Shown here piece after piece: positions 47,721 through 60,700 of a DNA stretch of 64,000 bases. The stretch is from Antedon mediterranea (lineage: Eukaryota; Animalia; Echinodermata). Under the pieces are notes generated by a model. The model was given only the letters and a program-made list of their open reading frames with translations. It ran no database searches and was not told the DNA's origin. How positions within the stretch are numbered: position 1 is the stretch's first letter; each line of letters starts with the position of its first letter. The stretch covers positions 3,077,888 through 3,141,887 of the forward strand of contig NC_092676.1 in assembly GCF_964355755.1 (NCBI RefSeq), read 5' to 3'. The position numbers and the translations under genes are program-made.

Positions 47721-48744
47721 TCACAATGTATTAAGTGGAATCTGTACAGGTGCCGGTTGACGCACTTTGCACTTAAACATATAAGCAATTGTGTAAAGAT
47801 ACGGATTGACTGAGGAGTTGATGGGGATGATAAATGTCGCTGCCCAAACATATATTTCATCAGGAATCGTCATCCAACCCGTCTCGGAACCAATTGCCAT
47901 TACTATAATCGGGGCCCAGCAACAGAAATCAGTGAAAACTATCAAGCCAATTTTTCTGGCCATTTTCAACTGTTTTTTCCTCCTCTGTTCACTATTGACA
48001 GTGGCCCCCGATCTCTTCACTGACAAGAAAATTGTCAGATAACTAAGTACAATTACAAGAAAGCCGACGCCATTAAAGGCAACAAAAATGGCAACAGCAT
48101 ACTCCCAACCTGGCCACCGACTTCTGGTTAAAGGAAGTGCAAGGCACACGCTTTCCTTTCCATAATAATTGTCACCAAAATACGATAAGCTTAATTCATT
48201 GGCTATCACTGGAAGAAAACTCAGCACAATCCAGAATAGCCATCCGAAGCCGATAATGATTCGACATTTTGTACGATTGAGGCGTTTCGTACTAAATGGA
48301 TTAACAATGTTAATAGCTCGATCCACACTCAGCAGCATCAGTGTAAACACTGATAACTGCCCAGACAGTGTAGAAATAGCTCCTGCAAAGCTGCAAAGGA
48401 AACTGCTCTTCCAATCCCTTGCAGCTGTCGCGTACCGTCCACGATAGTGTACATCCACACTGGCAATGATGATCAGGTAGACTGCCATCAGCAAGTCAGA
48501 AACGGCAAGATTAGTAATGAGTGTGGTTTGGGCCTTATTAAAATCGTTACTATCATTATCTTTTTTAAACTTTCGTGAAACGATAACAACAACATTCCCA
48601 ATGACCGAAGATAACCCGATAATCATCATCAACACACGGAGACGTTCATTTTTTAGCAAGTCTTCACACGATGAAAATGCATCTGAAGGCTCGCAGACAT
48701 CGATGGCGCCAACAAGGCAACAGAGACTAGAGTATTCCGAGTAC
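47721..48744 (-). CDS. Hinge + 7TM terminal exon of LRR-GPCR paralog B
   Basis: Acceptor at 48746-48745. Motifs SLCC, FSSCEDLL, NLAVSDLLMAVYL, SVDRA, FTDFCCWAPI, PINSSVNPYLY; clearly paralogous to 9778-10903. Confidence 0.92.
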
Positions 48745-51700
48745 CTAAAATAATCAAAACATTCTTGAGTTTTGAAATTTGTGCACATTTTTTAGTCACC
48801 CACCTGTATTCTTGAAATACCCACCAGCAACTAATTCAAGTTTATGTATCTCCCTTTTATTTAGCAGTCCCACACTGCGAGTAGATTAACAGAATGCTCA
48901 TGTGACTTAAGCACACATTTAGTGGCACATTTGTGAATTTCAAAAACATGCAAAATACAATTTTGAGAAACAAGAGAGATCTTTATCGTCGTAAGTTTCC
49001 ACAATCATCCTGTTGATTGTAAACTAGTCAGTGTGGTGGCAGTCTTTCACAGATGGTTTTGGGATTAGTAAAATACTTTTATTTCTATTTTAATTTATTT
49101 TTTTTAATAGATTTTTTTTTAAATTTATTTTTTTCAACAATTAATTTATTTTTACAAGGGAGTTACTTGGATTGCCCAAATTTTGATAAATCATTACTTA
49201 CAATTCCTTTAAGCTTATCAATTGATGAAAGGTCCTGTCCCTGTAAACCTGTAACTTGTTGCCTTTTAATTGTCTAAAAAAAAATAAATTTAAACTAAAT
49301 AAGTTTGTTTTCACACTTCTTAATTCCTTCATTACTTAATATATATGCTGTACATATTAACATTTCTTATTTTAATACTGTACAGAAGGAATAATAAGTT
49401 TAGATTTGTGTGTGTGTGTGTGTGTGTGAACAACACAAATAGGTTAATGCTAAACTATCAAACTTTATGTGAAAACCATATGGACACGATGATATCATAT
49501 TACTACCATATTCAGCACATCACACATTTTGTCCTTGAACTAGTTTCATAGTGTAGATTAGAGTTTAGTTACACATTGCACTGATTATATAAGCATGTGT
49601 TCGCAGTTGCGAATCCATGATATCCGAAATGTGGAACACTATTGAATTAGTGGTAAATCACACGCACTAATATTGTTAAGAATAATTCAATTGAGGCAGT
49701 CAAAGGGGAATGTTCCCCCTGATCCTGATACAAACCAAATCAATTCAGGTCATCGTAATTATGTGTTGTGTACATTCAGGAAGGCAACTACATGCAAATT
49801 ATATCTTACATAATGTTAACTTACAAAATTAAAAGTGATGAAGCAAAAGAAGAGAATGCCTCAGGATCTATGGTAGTTATAGCGTTGTTATCTAAGTTCC
49901 TGTTTAAAGATAAATTAATAGACATTTAATAAATATTTGTTTATTGAAAAATATGTTTTATTTAAAAATGTTATGTCCCCTATCAAATCAGACTTTGAAT
50001 AGGCCGTTTTGTTATTTTAATAAAGTTATTCACTTCCATAGAATAAAAAAATTAAAACAAATAATGTTTTCACTTATAAAAAGACAAAGTAAATGGTTAA
50101 ATTCAACAATTTATATTTTGCTTAATATATATATGTTTTTTTGGTCAAAGTGAATTTAAATATTTATGTGACAATTAAAAACATTGTTTTTTTTAAATAT
50201 TTGGACAATGTATCTTTAAGACTATATTACGATTTAAAATGTTATACTGAGAGTAACAAGCATTCCTGCTTGAAACTACGGTAGTTATTATACAGTAGAG
50301 GTAATGATGAAAGAAAAGTCTATCTGGAGCTGACTACACCACAGACTCATTCATTCATTCATTCATTCTTTATTTAGCCTTTAAAATCGAAATACATTTA
50401 AAACAAGGTAACAAAAACAAGACAGGGTGGAAATCTAAGGAGGCAAGGATAAGCAAAAGCAATTATAATCGCTGTAGCTCTCAGGCTTGCTTATCCATCC
50501 TTAGACTAAAAATAAAATAATTTATAGTAATTAAAATCATATAATAATATATAATTTGTTTGATTCAGTCTTATGGTAAGATTTCATTCTTTTTAAAGTC
50601 ACGGAAATATCTTTAAATCAATTAATCAATTATAATTAATGTTGTTCATTCGAATTCCATTGACTGACACATGTGTTTACTCATTGTTTGTTAGGGCAGT
50701 CCATGAAATTCAGTATTAACTGGAATAATTATAATAACCATAATTTAGGAAGTATTGAAAAAAACTCCAAATGATTTCAAACATTGGTACCAGTGTTACA
50801 GCAATGTTAGGGCAGTCCATGACATCCAGTATCAACTGGAATAATTAGAATAGTTCTAAAACCTTAAATGATAAATAATACAAATTATGGTCTTGCTAGT
50901 TTGAGCAGTAAATTAAGTTAGTTGCAAATCGATTTAATATAAACACTGCATTTACCCCTTTTATTTTTGTTTTCAGGTTAAAGTTTTTATATATATAGAT
51001 TCTTCCATTTACAGTTTTGTTGGCAACCAAACCCACTGCGCTAATTAGTCTTAAGCTTTACTTGCCCAGCCTGTAAATGTTTTGCTTTATCCTAGAGAAT
51101 AGTAACCCTTTTATAGTACAAAAGTGTTATTTCAGGCAAGTCGACCAGTGGCTTCAGGTTCATCATCATAAAATAGGCATAATTTTACAAAAATGTAATT
51201 GAAAGATTACACTATAAAATGCATATTGTACAATGTAGTGATTTGGGATAAATTTGTTCAGATATTATACTCACAGTTCTGTCAATTCTGTCAAACCATT
51301 AAATGCATTTGCTGGCAATTTCTTTATTTGGTTATTGTCCAACCTCCTATAATAAAGAATACACAGTGAAAAGAAATTAAAATATCCAAGAAATTGTGTC
51401 CGCTTGACTTTTCATAATATGACTTTATTCCTGTGGAAACCACTTGTAAATGGACACCTCATAACGGATACTCACATAAAAGTCTGTGTGTCCTTTTTAT
51501 TCAATATAGTGCATTGGTATGTACCATTAGGGAAGAGTGGAATTACTTTCCCTGGTACCATCTTAAATCATCTCAAACATTTCCATAAGAAGACAGGAAA
51601 AACATTTCATTTGTATAGATAACTTCTAAAAACTTTTTATTTTCTAAAAATAATTTTAAATACTGAAATCTCTGTTACTTTACTTTAAAATAGCCCATAT

Positions 51701-54700
51701 TGGAGAATTAGACGCTATACATTAAATTCATTCATTCATTCATTCTTTACTTGGTCCAATATAAAAATACATCAGAAATTCTTCTTATATACACTGCAGA
51801 GATAATAACAATATACGTACATGCAGAAAACAATCAATATAAAAAATCACTGATAAAATATCAATTCTAATTCTCCGACTGGGCAATTATCACAAAATTT
51901 AATTCAATATTGTGTTTTGTCTGATTGTGAAATCTACTTTTGACTTACTTTATAACAAAATTTAAACATGAACTCATTTTTTTATGTAGTAATTCAATTA
52001 TAATTATAAAGTACATATCAATAAAAATACTCACAGCAATGTCAATGCAGTTAAACCAAAAAATGCATTTGCTGGCAATGTGCTTATCTTGAAATCTCTC
52101 AACCACCTTCAAGATAAAACAATTTAGTATTAACCAATTAGCAGACCATGTATTAAAAAATAAATTTCATGTTTTGCGATATGTATTACATATTATTAAG
52201 TCTATTTCGTGAGATCCCTACCTGTATAGACTCTACATATGCCATTATTCCCAATATGGACACCCCTCGTAAGGAAAATGGAATAGTCCAGGCGCCGTAG
52301 CGGGCCGCGTAATTTTTTTTTCCAGGACGAACGTGGGCAGAAATCATGAATAATTCATGATTAATTATGACATAATAGGGATCTACTGTATGTATCGATG
52401 TAAATTGGGGGGGGGGGGGGGGTAGGATAGGGGTTGATAGTTGCTTTTGCCTTTTTTACTTTTCTGTTAATTGTTATATTTTATATTGTGAAGGATGCAC
52501 CTTTGTGCTAAGTGTGCCACCGATCTAAAGGTGTAATTCCAAATAAATAAATAAATAAAATAGGGAACATTATAGAGGGCGCTATATAAGAATGCAGAGA
52601 GATTAAATAATTAGTGCAAACAACGTTTGCCAACCGAAATGTTTGGTCTAGCGGTAAAGGCTTTAACCTATTACGCTGAATTATTTAGAGGGTTAGGTTT
52701 AGTATATTTAGGAAGTAGATCAGCTATCTTTCAATTCTTTATAATAGAAAATAATTAAGGTAATGAATTATTCATGACTTCTGCCCACGTTCGTCCTGGA
52801 AAAAAAAACACAGCGAGGGGAGGCGAGGGGGTTTCTATACAGGTAGGTATCTCACTCATAGACTATACCAACACCACTGTTGGTTTGTGTAATCATATAC
52901 CATCTGTAAGTGGCCATGTTTTTTTGTTGGTTTTAGTTTGGAACAAAAATTATTACAAAAATTTTCTAAAATTTAGTTTTATTTGAAAATTCTAGAAAGT
53001 TTGTAGGAATTCAGAGTAAAAAAATACTCACAGTTGTGGCAGTGATTTCAACCCATTAAATGCATAGGCTTCCAGTGTACTAATTTGATTAGTTTCTTCC
53101 ACCCACCAGTCAGGACTAAAGAAAAGGAAAGTTCAGTAAGAAAAAATTGCAGTATTCAAAACTATATATACTACTATAAACTATAATTTAAAACCATTAG
53201 TTACCATTAAAGATGAGATCTAAGAATTCTAATTCTCCGACTGGGTAATTATCACAAAATTTAATTCAAAATTGTGTTTTGTCTGCTTGTGAAATGTTAC
53301 TTTTCTTTGTTTTCCACGGGATTACACTGTAGTGATATAGGTGGACAACATTATACATCGCAATTCAGTTATTTTTGTAAACACACATATCCCCCCCCCC
53401 AGTTTTTTAATGGTGGTGGGGGAGGGGGATCCTGTTGTCACCGCTGTAATTCAATAAATGAAACAGGTACTGAAATGGTACTGAATGATGCTTCATTTTA
53501 TGAAAACCACATAAAATAATCATGATTATTGAAAGAAAATTAGACATTGGTATAAGAAATGCATTAAAAAAGTAGAAATAACAAAGCAATTTCAATAAAT
53601 ATGTAAATAATGTTTAGGTAAGTTTTGATTTTTAAAGAATAGGTTTAAGCAGCAAGACAAGAAATATGATATGAACTAACTTTAATTTTATAGCCTTGTT
53701 TTGTTCACATTCATTTATTCATTCATATTCAATATCATAAGTAAAAAATAGACATTTTGTTCTCATAGTACACTGTTTAAGCTAAATTATGTTACAAAAT
53801 AAAATATAACAGTTTATTATATCTCAACCGTATGTTGTAACAGTAAATAAAAATATAATTATATTTTATTTGTATTACCAACTGAATGGATCTTTTAAAG
53901 GGTAAAGTATGTTTTTTTTTTTTATAGGCATGTTGCAAGTCATGACAAAATATCTTTTATTTTTTAACAGCAAACTGTAGTGATAGTAGGCCTAGTGTCA
54001 CTTAACCCTGAACGGAATGATAATAATGAAATGGCAAAGATTAAAACTGTGTAGCATTTTTTAATTCATTTTTGCTGTACATACATTGAACTAATGAATT
54101 ATTAATCAAAAGAAATTCATAAGAGTAACTATAAAAAAAATACCTGTAATCAGTGATTTGCCCGACGTGCAATATCCTTCAAAGTAAGAGAAATACAAAG
54201 TAATTGTTATTATAAAAAAAATATATATATATATATATTTTGATAATTCAAAACAAAATAACTACATAAACAAAATGTAGTAAATCTTACTTAAATGATA
54301 TTTAAATTGTAAAATATTATTTTACAACTGAAAATTTATTTTGATTGATTATTATCTTACAAAAAATAAAAAAAATTCATAGTGAATTCATTAAAAAGAA
54401 GTTGTTATTTTTGGGGTTGGGTGTGGGGAGTGGTTTAAACTTATAATCACATAATATAATTATATATTAATTATTTTGTTATAGTTGTCCTACAATGTAA
54501 AATACAATTTCTAATTTAACTTTTTAATTAAAACTAAATTGTAGTACAGTAAATACATTATACTGCATGTAATCCATCTATTGTATACTTTAGTATGTCA
54601 AAATATAATATGTTAAAATAAAAATTTGGTAAATATATTTAATAATTTATTTCCTAAAACAAAATTTTTACACCAAATTCAAATCTTTAGCAACCATAAT

Positions 54701-57700
54701 AAATGTATTATCTAATATGTAATACAGATTCAGTTTCTATTGTTATATCTTACAAAAATAAATAATTCAATCAAGGTGTATACATTTTAAAAATGTTGAT
54801 TTTAAGATTATTTGAAATAATTTGATAAATTTAAAAATGTTGATTTTAAAATTCTTTTTCTGTAAATAGTCGTAATGTACACATTAGTCCATTTTTACAA
54901 TTGAACCTACAATGAATGCACTCCATTGTATAAACATTTTAATGTCAAAATATAAAATATAGGCCTATACTGTATGTAAATTTTAATTTTAAATCACTAC
55001 ATAAACAAGTACTACTGTAATTATTTAGTAACATTTGTTATAATGATATTTATATTGTGACATTTACAATAAAAATTTATTTTGAATTATTTTTATTTAA
55101 AAAAAATAAAATGTGTTCATGGTGGATGAGCAAAAAACTACTGATTTTTAAGATATTTTCTATAAGATCACAAATTGTGAAATTTTGTAAACATTTTAAT
55201 CCATTATCATTGTTTAACCAACAAAGTAAAATAATTTGTAATTTAATTCTAAATTAAACCAAATTTGTAAAAGTAAGCAAACACAAGCAATACACTTACA
55301 GTTTTGTCAATGCTGTCAAACCAGCAAATGCATTGGCTGGTAATGTACTTATTTGGTTCCAGTTCAAATACCTTAAAAGTAAAAAGAATGCACAGTATAA
55401 GTAAATCACAATATCCAAGCTGTTTTTAAATTATTTTAGTTTTTCTGTCACCTCAAATGTTGAAATGTCTACATTCCTGTACATTATACAGTAGTTATAT
55501 TGGATGTACTCTATTCACTTTCAATTGTTATGTCTTACAAAAATAAATAATTCAATCATGGTGGATAAATAAAAAAAATTTGATTTTCAAATAATTCTTT
55601 TAGCTATACATACAAATATAAAATATATATTTATATAATTTTTTTCTCATAAGACAAAATTAATACATAAAAAAATACTAATTATTTAGTGACATTTGTT
55701 ATAATAATATTTATATTGTGACATTTACAAAAAAATTTATTTTGAAATATTATTATTTAAAAAAATAAAATTCATTCATGGTGAATGAGCAAAAAACTAG
55801 TTATTTTTTTTAATTATTTTTTATAAGATCACAAATTGTGAAATTATATAATAATAATCCATTATCATTGATTAACCAACAATGTAAAATAATTTGTAAT
55901 TTAAGCAATACACTTACAGTGTTTCCAATGCTGTCAAACCAGCAAATGCATTGGCTGGTAATGTACTTATTTGGTTACTGCTCAAATCCCTTAAAAATAA
56001 AAAGAATGCACAGTATAAGTAAATCACAATATCCAAGCTGTATTTAAATTATTTTAGTTTTTCTGTCACCTCAAATGTTGAAATGTGTACATTCCTGTAC
56101 ATTATACAGTAGTTATATTGGATGTACTCTATTGTATGTACTTAAGTTATGTCAAAATATACTATGTTAAAATAAAAATGTGGTAAATATATTTAAATTC
56201 ACATTTTTGAATTGTTTTACAACAATAAATAATTCAATCATGGTAGATAAATAAAAACAAATGTTGATTTTAAAATTCTTTTTACAGTAAATAATTAAAT
56301 TATGGAATCATAGTCCATTATTACAATTGAACCTACAATGCATGCATTGTATTGTATCAATATTTTATGGAAAAATATACAATATATATGTAAATTTTAA
56401 TAGTTTTTATTCTCATAAGACAAAATTATTACATAAATAAATATTAATTATTTAGTAACATTCATTATAATGATATTTATATTGCAAATATTTAAAATCA
56501 AAGATAAATTTTGAATTATTATATATTACAGAAAAAATAAAGTTCATTCATGGTGGATGAACTATGAGACTAGTGATTTTTAAAGATATTTTTATAAGAT
56601 CACAAATTGTGAAATTATGTAATAATATTAATCCATTATCATTGCTTAACCAACAGTGTAAAATAATTTTATATTTAATTTCTATATTTAAACCAAATTG
56701 GTAAAAGTAAGCAAACATAAGCAATACACTTACAGTTTTTTCAATGCTGTCAAACCAGCAAATGCATTGGCTTGTAATGTACTTATTTGGTTACCGCCCA
56801 AATACCTTAAAAATAAAAAGAATGCACAGTATAAGTATAATCACAATATCCAAACTGTTTTAAAATTATTTTAGTTTTTCTGTCACCTCAAATGTTGAAA
56901 TGTCTACATTCCTGTACATTATACAGTAGTTATACTGCATGTACTCTATTGTATGTACTTTAGTTATGTCAAAATATACTATGTTAAAATAAAAATGTGG
57001 TAAATATATTTAAATTCACATTTTTGAATTGTTTTACAACAATAAATAATTCAATCATGGTAGATAAATAAAAACAAATGTTGATTTTAAAATTCTTTTT
57101 ACAGTAAATAATTAAATTATGGAATCATAGTCCATTATTACAATTGAACCTACAATGCATGCATTGTATTGTATCAATATTTTATGGAAAAATATACAAT
57201 ATATATGTAAATTTTAATAGTTTTTATTCTCATAAGACAAAATTATTACATAAATAAATATTAATTATTTAGTAACATTCATTATAATGATATTTATATT
57301 GCAAATATTTAAAATCAAAGATAAATTTTGAATTATTATATATTACAGAAAAAATAAAGTTCATTCATGGTGGATGAACTATGAGACTAGTGATTTTTAA
57401 AGATATTTTTATAAGATCACAAATTGTGAAATTATGTAATAATATTAATCCATTATCATTGCTTAACCAACAGTGTAAAATAATTTTATATTTAATTTCT
57501 ATATTTAAACCAAATTGGTAAAAGTAAGCAAACATAAGCAATACACTTACAGTTTTTTCAATGCTGTCAAACCAGCAAATGCATTGGCTTGTAATGTACT
57601 TATTTGGTTACCGCCCAAATACCTTAAAAATAAAAAGAATGCACAGTATAAGTATAATCACAATATCCAAACTGTTTTAAAATTATTTTAGTTTTTCTGT

Positions 57701-60700
57701 CACCTCAAATGTTGAAATGTCTACATTCCTGTACATTATACAGTAGTTATACTGCATGTACTCTATTGTATGTACTTTAGTTATGTCAAAATATACTATG
57801 TTAAAATAAAAATGTGGTAAATATATTTAAATTCACATTTTTGAATTGTTTTACAACAATAAATAATTCAATCATGGTAGATAAATAAAAACAAATGTTG
57901 ATTTTAAAATTCTTTTTACAGTAAATAATTAAATTATGGAATCATAGTCCATTATTACAATTGAACCTACAATGCATGCATTGTATTGTATCAATATTTT
58001 ATGGAAAAATATACAATATATATGTAAATTTTAATAGTTTTTATTCTCATAAGACAAAATTATTACATAAATAAATATTAATTATTTAGTAACATTCATT
58101 ATAATGATATTTATATTGCAAATATTTAAAATCAAAGATAGATTTTGAATTATTTTATATTACAGAAAAAATAAAGTTCATTCATGGTGGATGAACTATG
58201 AGACTAGTGATTTTTAAAGATATTTTTATAAGATCACAAATTGTGAAATTATGTAATAATATTAATCCATTATCATTGCTTAACCAACAGTGTAAAATAA
58301 TTTTATATTTAATTTCTATATTTAAACCAAATTGGTAAAAGTAAGCAAACATAAGCAATACACTTACAGTTTTTTCAATGCTGTCAAACCAGCAAATGCA
58401 TTGGCTTGTAATGTACTTATTCGGTTCCTGCTCAAAGACCTTAAAAGTAAAAAGAATGCACAGTATAAGTAAATCACAATATCCAAGCTGTTTTTAAATT
58501 ATTTTAGTTTTTCTGTCACCTCAAATGTTGAAATGTCTACATTCCTGTGCATTATACAGTAGTTATACTGCATGTACTCTATTGTATGTACTTTAGTTAT
58601 GTCAAAATATACTATGTTAAAATACAAATATGGTAAATAACTTTAATAACTTATTATCTTATAACAAAATCTCTACACCAAATGTAATTGTTTGTTAGCA
58701 ACCATATAATAAATGTATTATGTAATACAGATTCACTTTCAATTGTTATGTTACAAAAATAAATAATTCAATCATGGTGGATAAATAAAAAAATTTTGAT
58801 TTTAAAATAATTCTTTTAGCTATAGGCCTACATACAAATATAAAATATATATTTATATAATTTTTTTCTCATAAGACAAAATTAATACATAAAAAAATAC
58901 TAATTATTTAGTGACATTTGTTATAATAATATTTATATTGTGACATTTACAATAAAAATTTATTTTGAAATATTATTATTTAAAAAAATAAAATTCATTC
59001 ATGGTGAATGAGCAAAAAACTAGTTATTTTTTTAAATTATTTTTTATAAGTTCACAAATTGTGAAATTATGTAATAATATTAATCCATTATCATTGCATA
59101 ACCAACAATTAATTAAACAAATAATTTGTAATTTAATTTCTAAATTAAACCAAATTGTTAAAAGTAAGCAAACATAAGCAATACACTTACAGTGTTTTCA
59201 ATGCTGTCAAACCAGCAAATGCATTGGCTTGTAATGTACTTATTTGGTTATAGCTCAAAGACCTTAAAAGTAAAAAGAATGCACAGTATAAGTAAATCAC
59301 AATATCCAAGCTGTCTTAAAATTTTAGTTTTTCTGTCACCTCAAATGTTGAAATGTCTACATTCTTGTACATTATTACTCTATTAGTGATGTCAAAATAT
59401 GTTAAGTTAAAATAAATGTGGTAAATATAATTATTTTAATAATTTATTTTTATAAATCAATTGTTTGGTCAACCATAATAAATGTATTATCTAATATGTT
59501 AAACAGATTCAATTTAAATTGATATCTTACAAAATAAATAGTTCAATCATGGTGGATAAATTTAAGAATTGTTGCTTTTTAAATTTGTTTTACTATAAAT
59601 AATCATGAAATCATAAGGTACATATTAGTCCATTATTACAATTGAACCTACAATGCATGCATTGTATTGTGTCAACATTTTATTGATGTCAAAATAAAAA
59701 TTATTAAAAGTAAATATTCATCTCAAAACGTATGAATGTATAGTTGTACATGATATTGTTCACTATAGGTTTAATTATGTTACTCTGCACCTTATATCTT
59801 AATTTGTGTTTTATTTAGGGTTATCCCTTTGTTCTTATAATTATGGGATGCCACTGCCCTTTTTTTACCACTCAAACAAATAAAGACTTGGTTATACTGA
59901 TCGGTTTGATAAATGTGTATTTATTGAAGTCTGTGGTTGAATTTGAATATAATTATCAATTATCAAAGACAAAATTACTACATAAACAAATACTAGTTAT
60001 TTAGTAACAATGATTTTGATATTTATATCGTGAAATTATACAATAAAGGATTTCGAATTATTATTATTAATTAATTATTAATTGGTTACCGCTCAAATAC
60101 ATTAAAAGTAAAAAGAATGCACAGTATAAGTATAATCACAATATCCAAGCTGTTTTTAAATTATTTTATTTTTTCTGTCACCTCAAATGTTGAAATGTCT
60201 ACATTCCTGTACATTATACAGTAGTTATACTGCATGTACTCTATTGTATGTACTTTAGTTATGTCAAAATATATTATGTTAAAATAAAAATGTGGTAAAT
60301 ATATTTAAATTCACATTTTTGAATTGTATATAAAATATATATTTATATTACATAGCCTATGTAAATACGCGAACGTGATTGGTTGAAACTGCATCACATG
60401 ACTACCGCTGCGAGGATCGTAAATCGTATATATCCTCGAGAACGATGATATTGACTGTGTAATTTTCGCGTAATAATCGTGTCCCCTGTCATTAATCATA
60501 TAAATTCTCGAGTACGATGATATTGACTGTGTAATTTTCGTGTGCAACACTCGAGTTTGCCGATAAATAAACAAAAGTCATCTACTCGATCTTGAACTCG
60601 GGTGGAATTGTCACTCCATCGCAAGACAACGTTTCATCCGCTGGGCCACGGAATTTGCTTGAAGAAATTAATCTTCTAAACTTTTTAAGCTATGCATACA

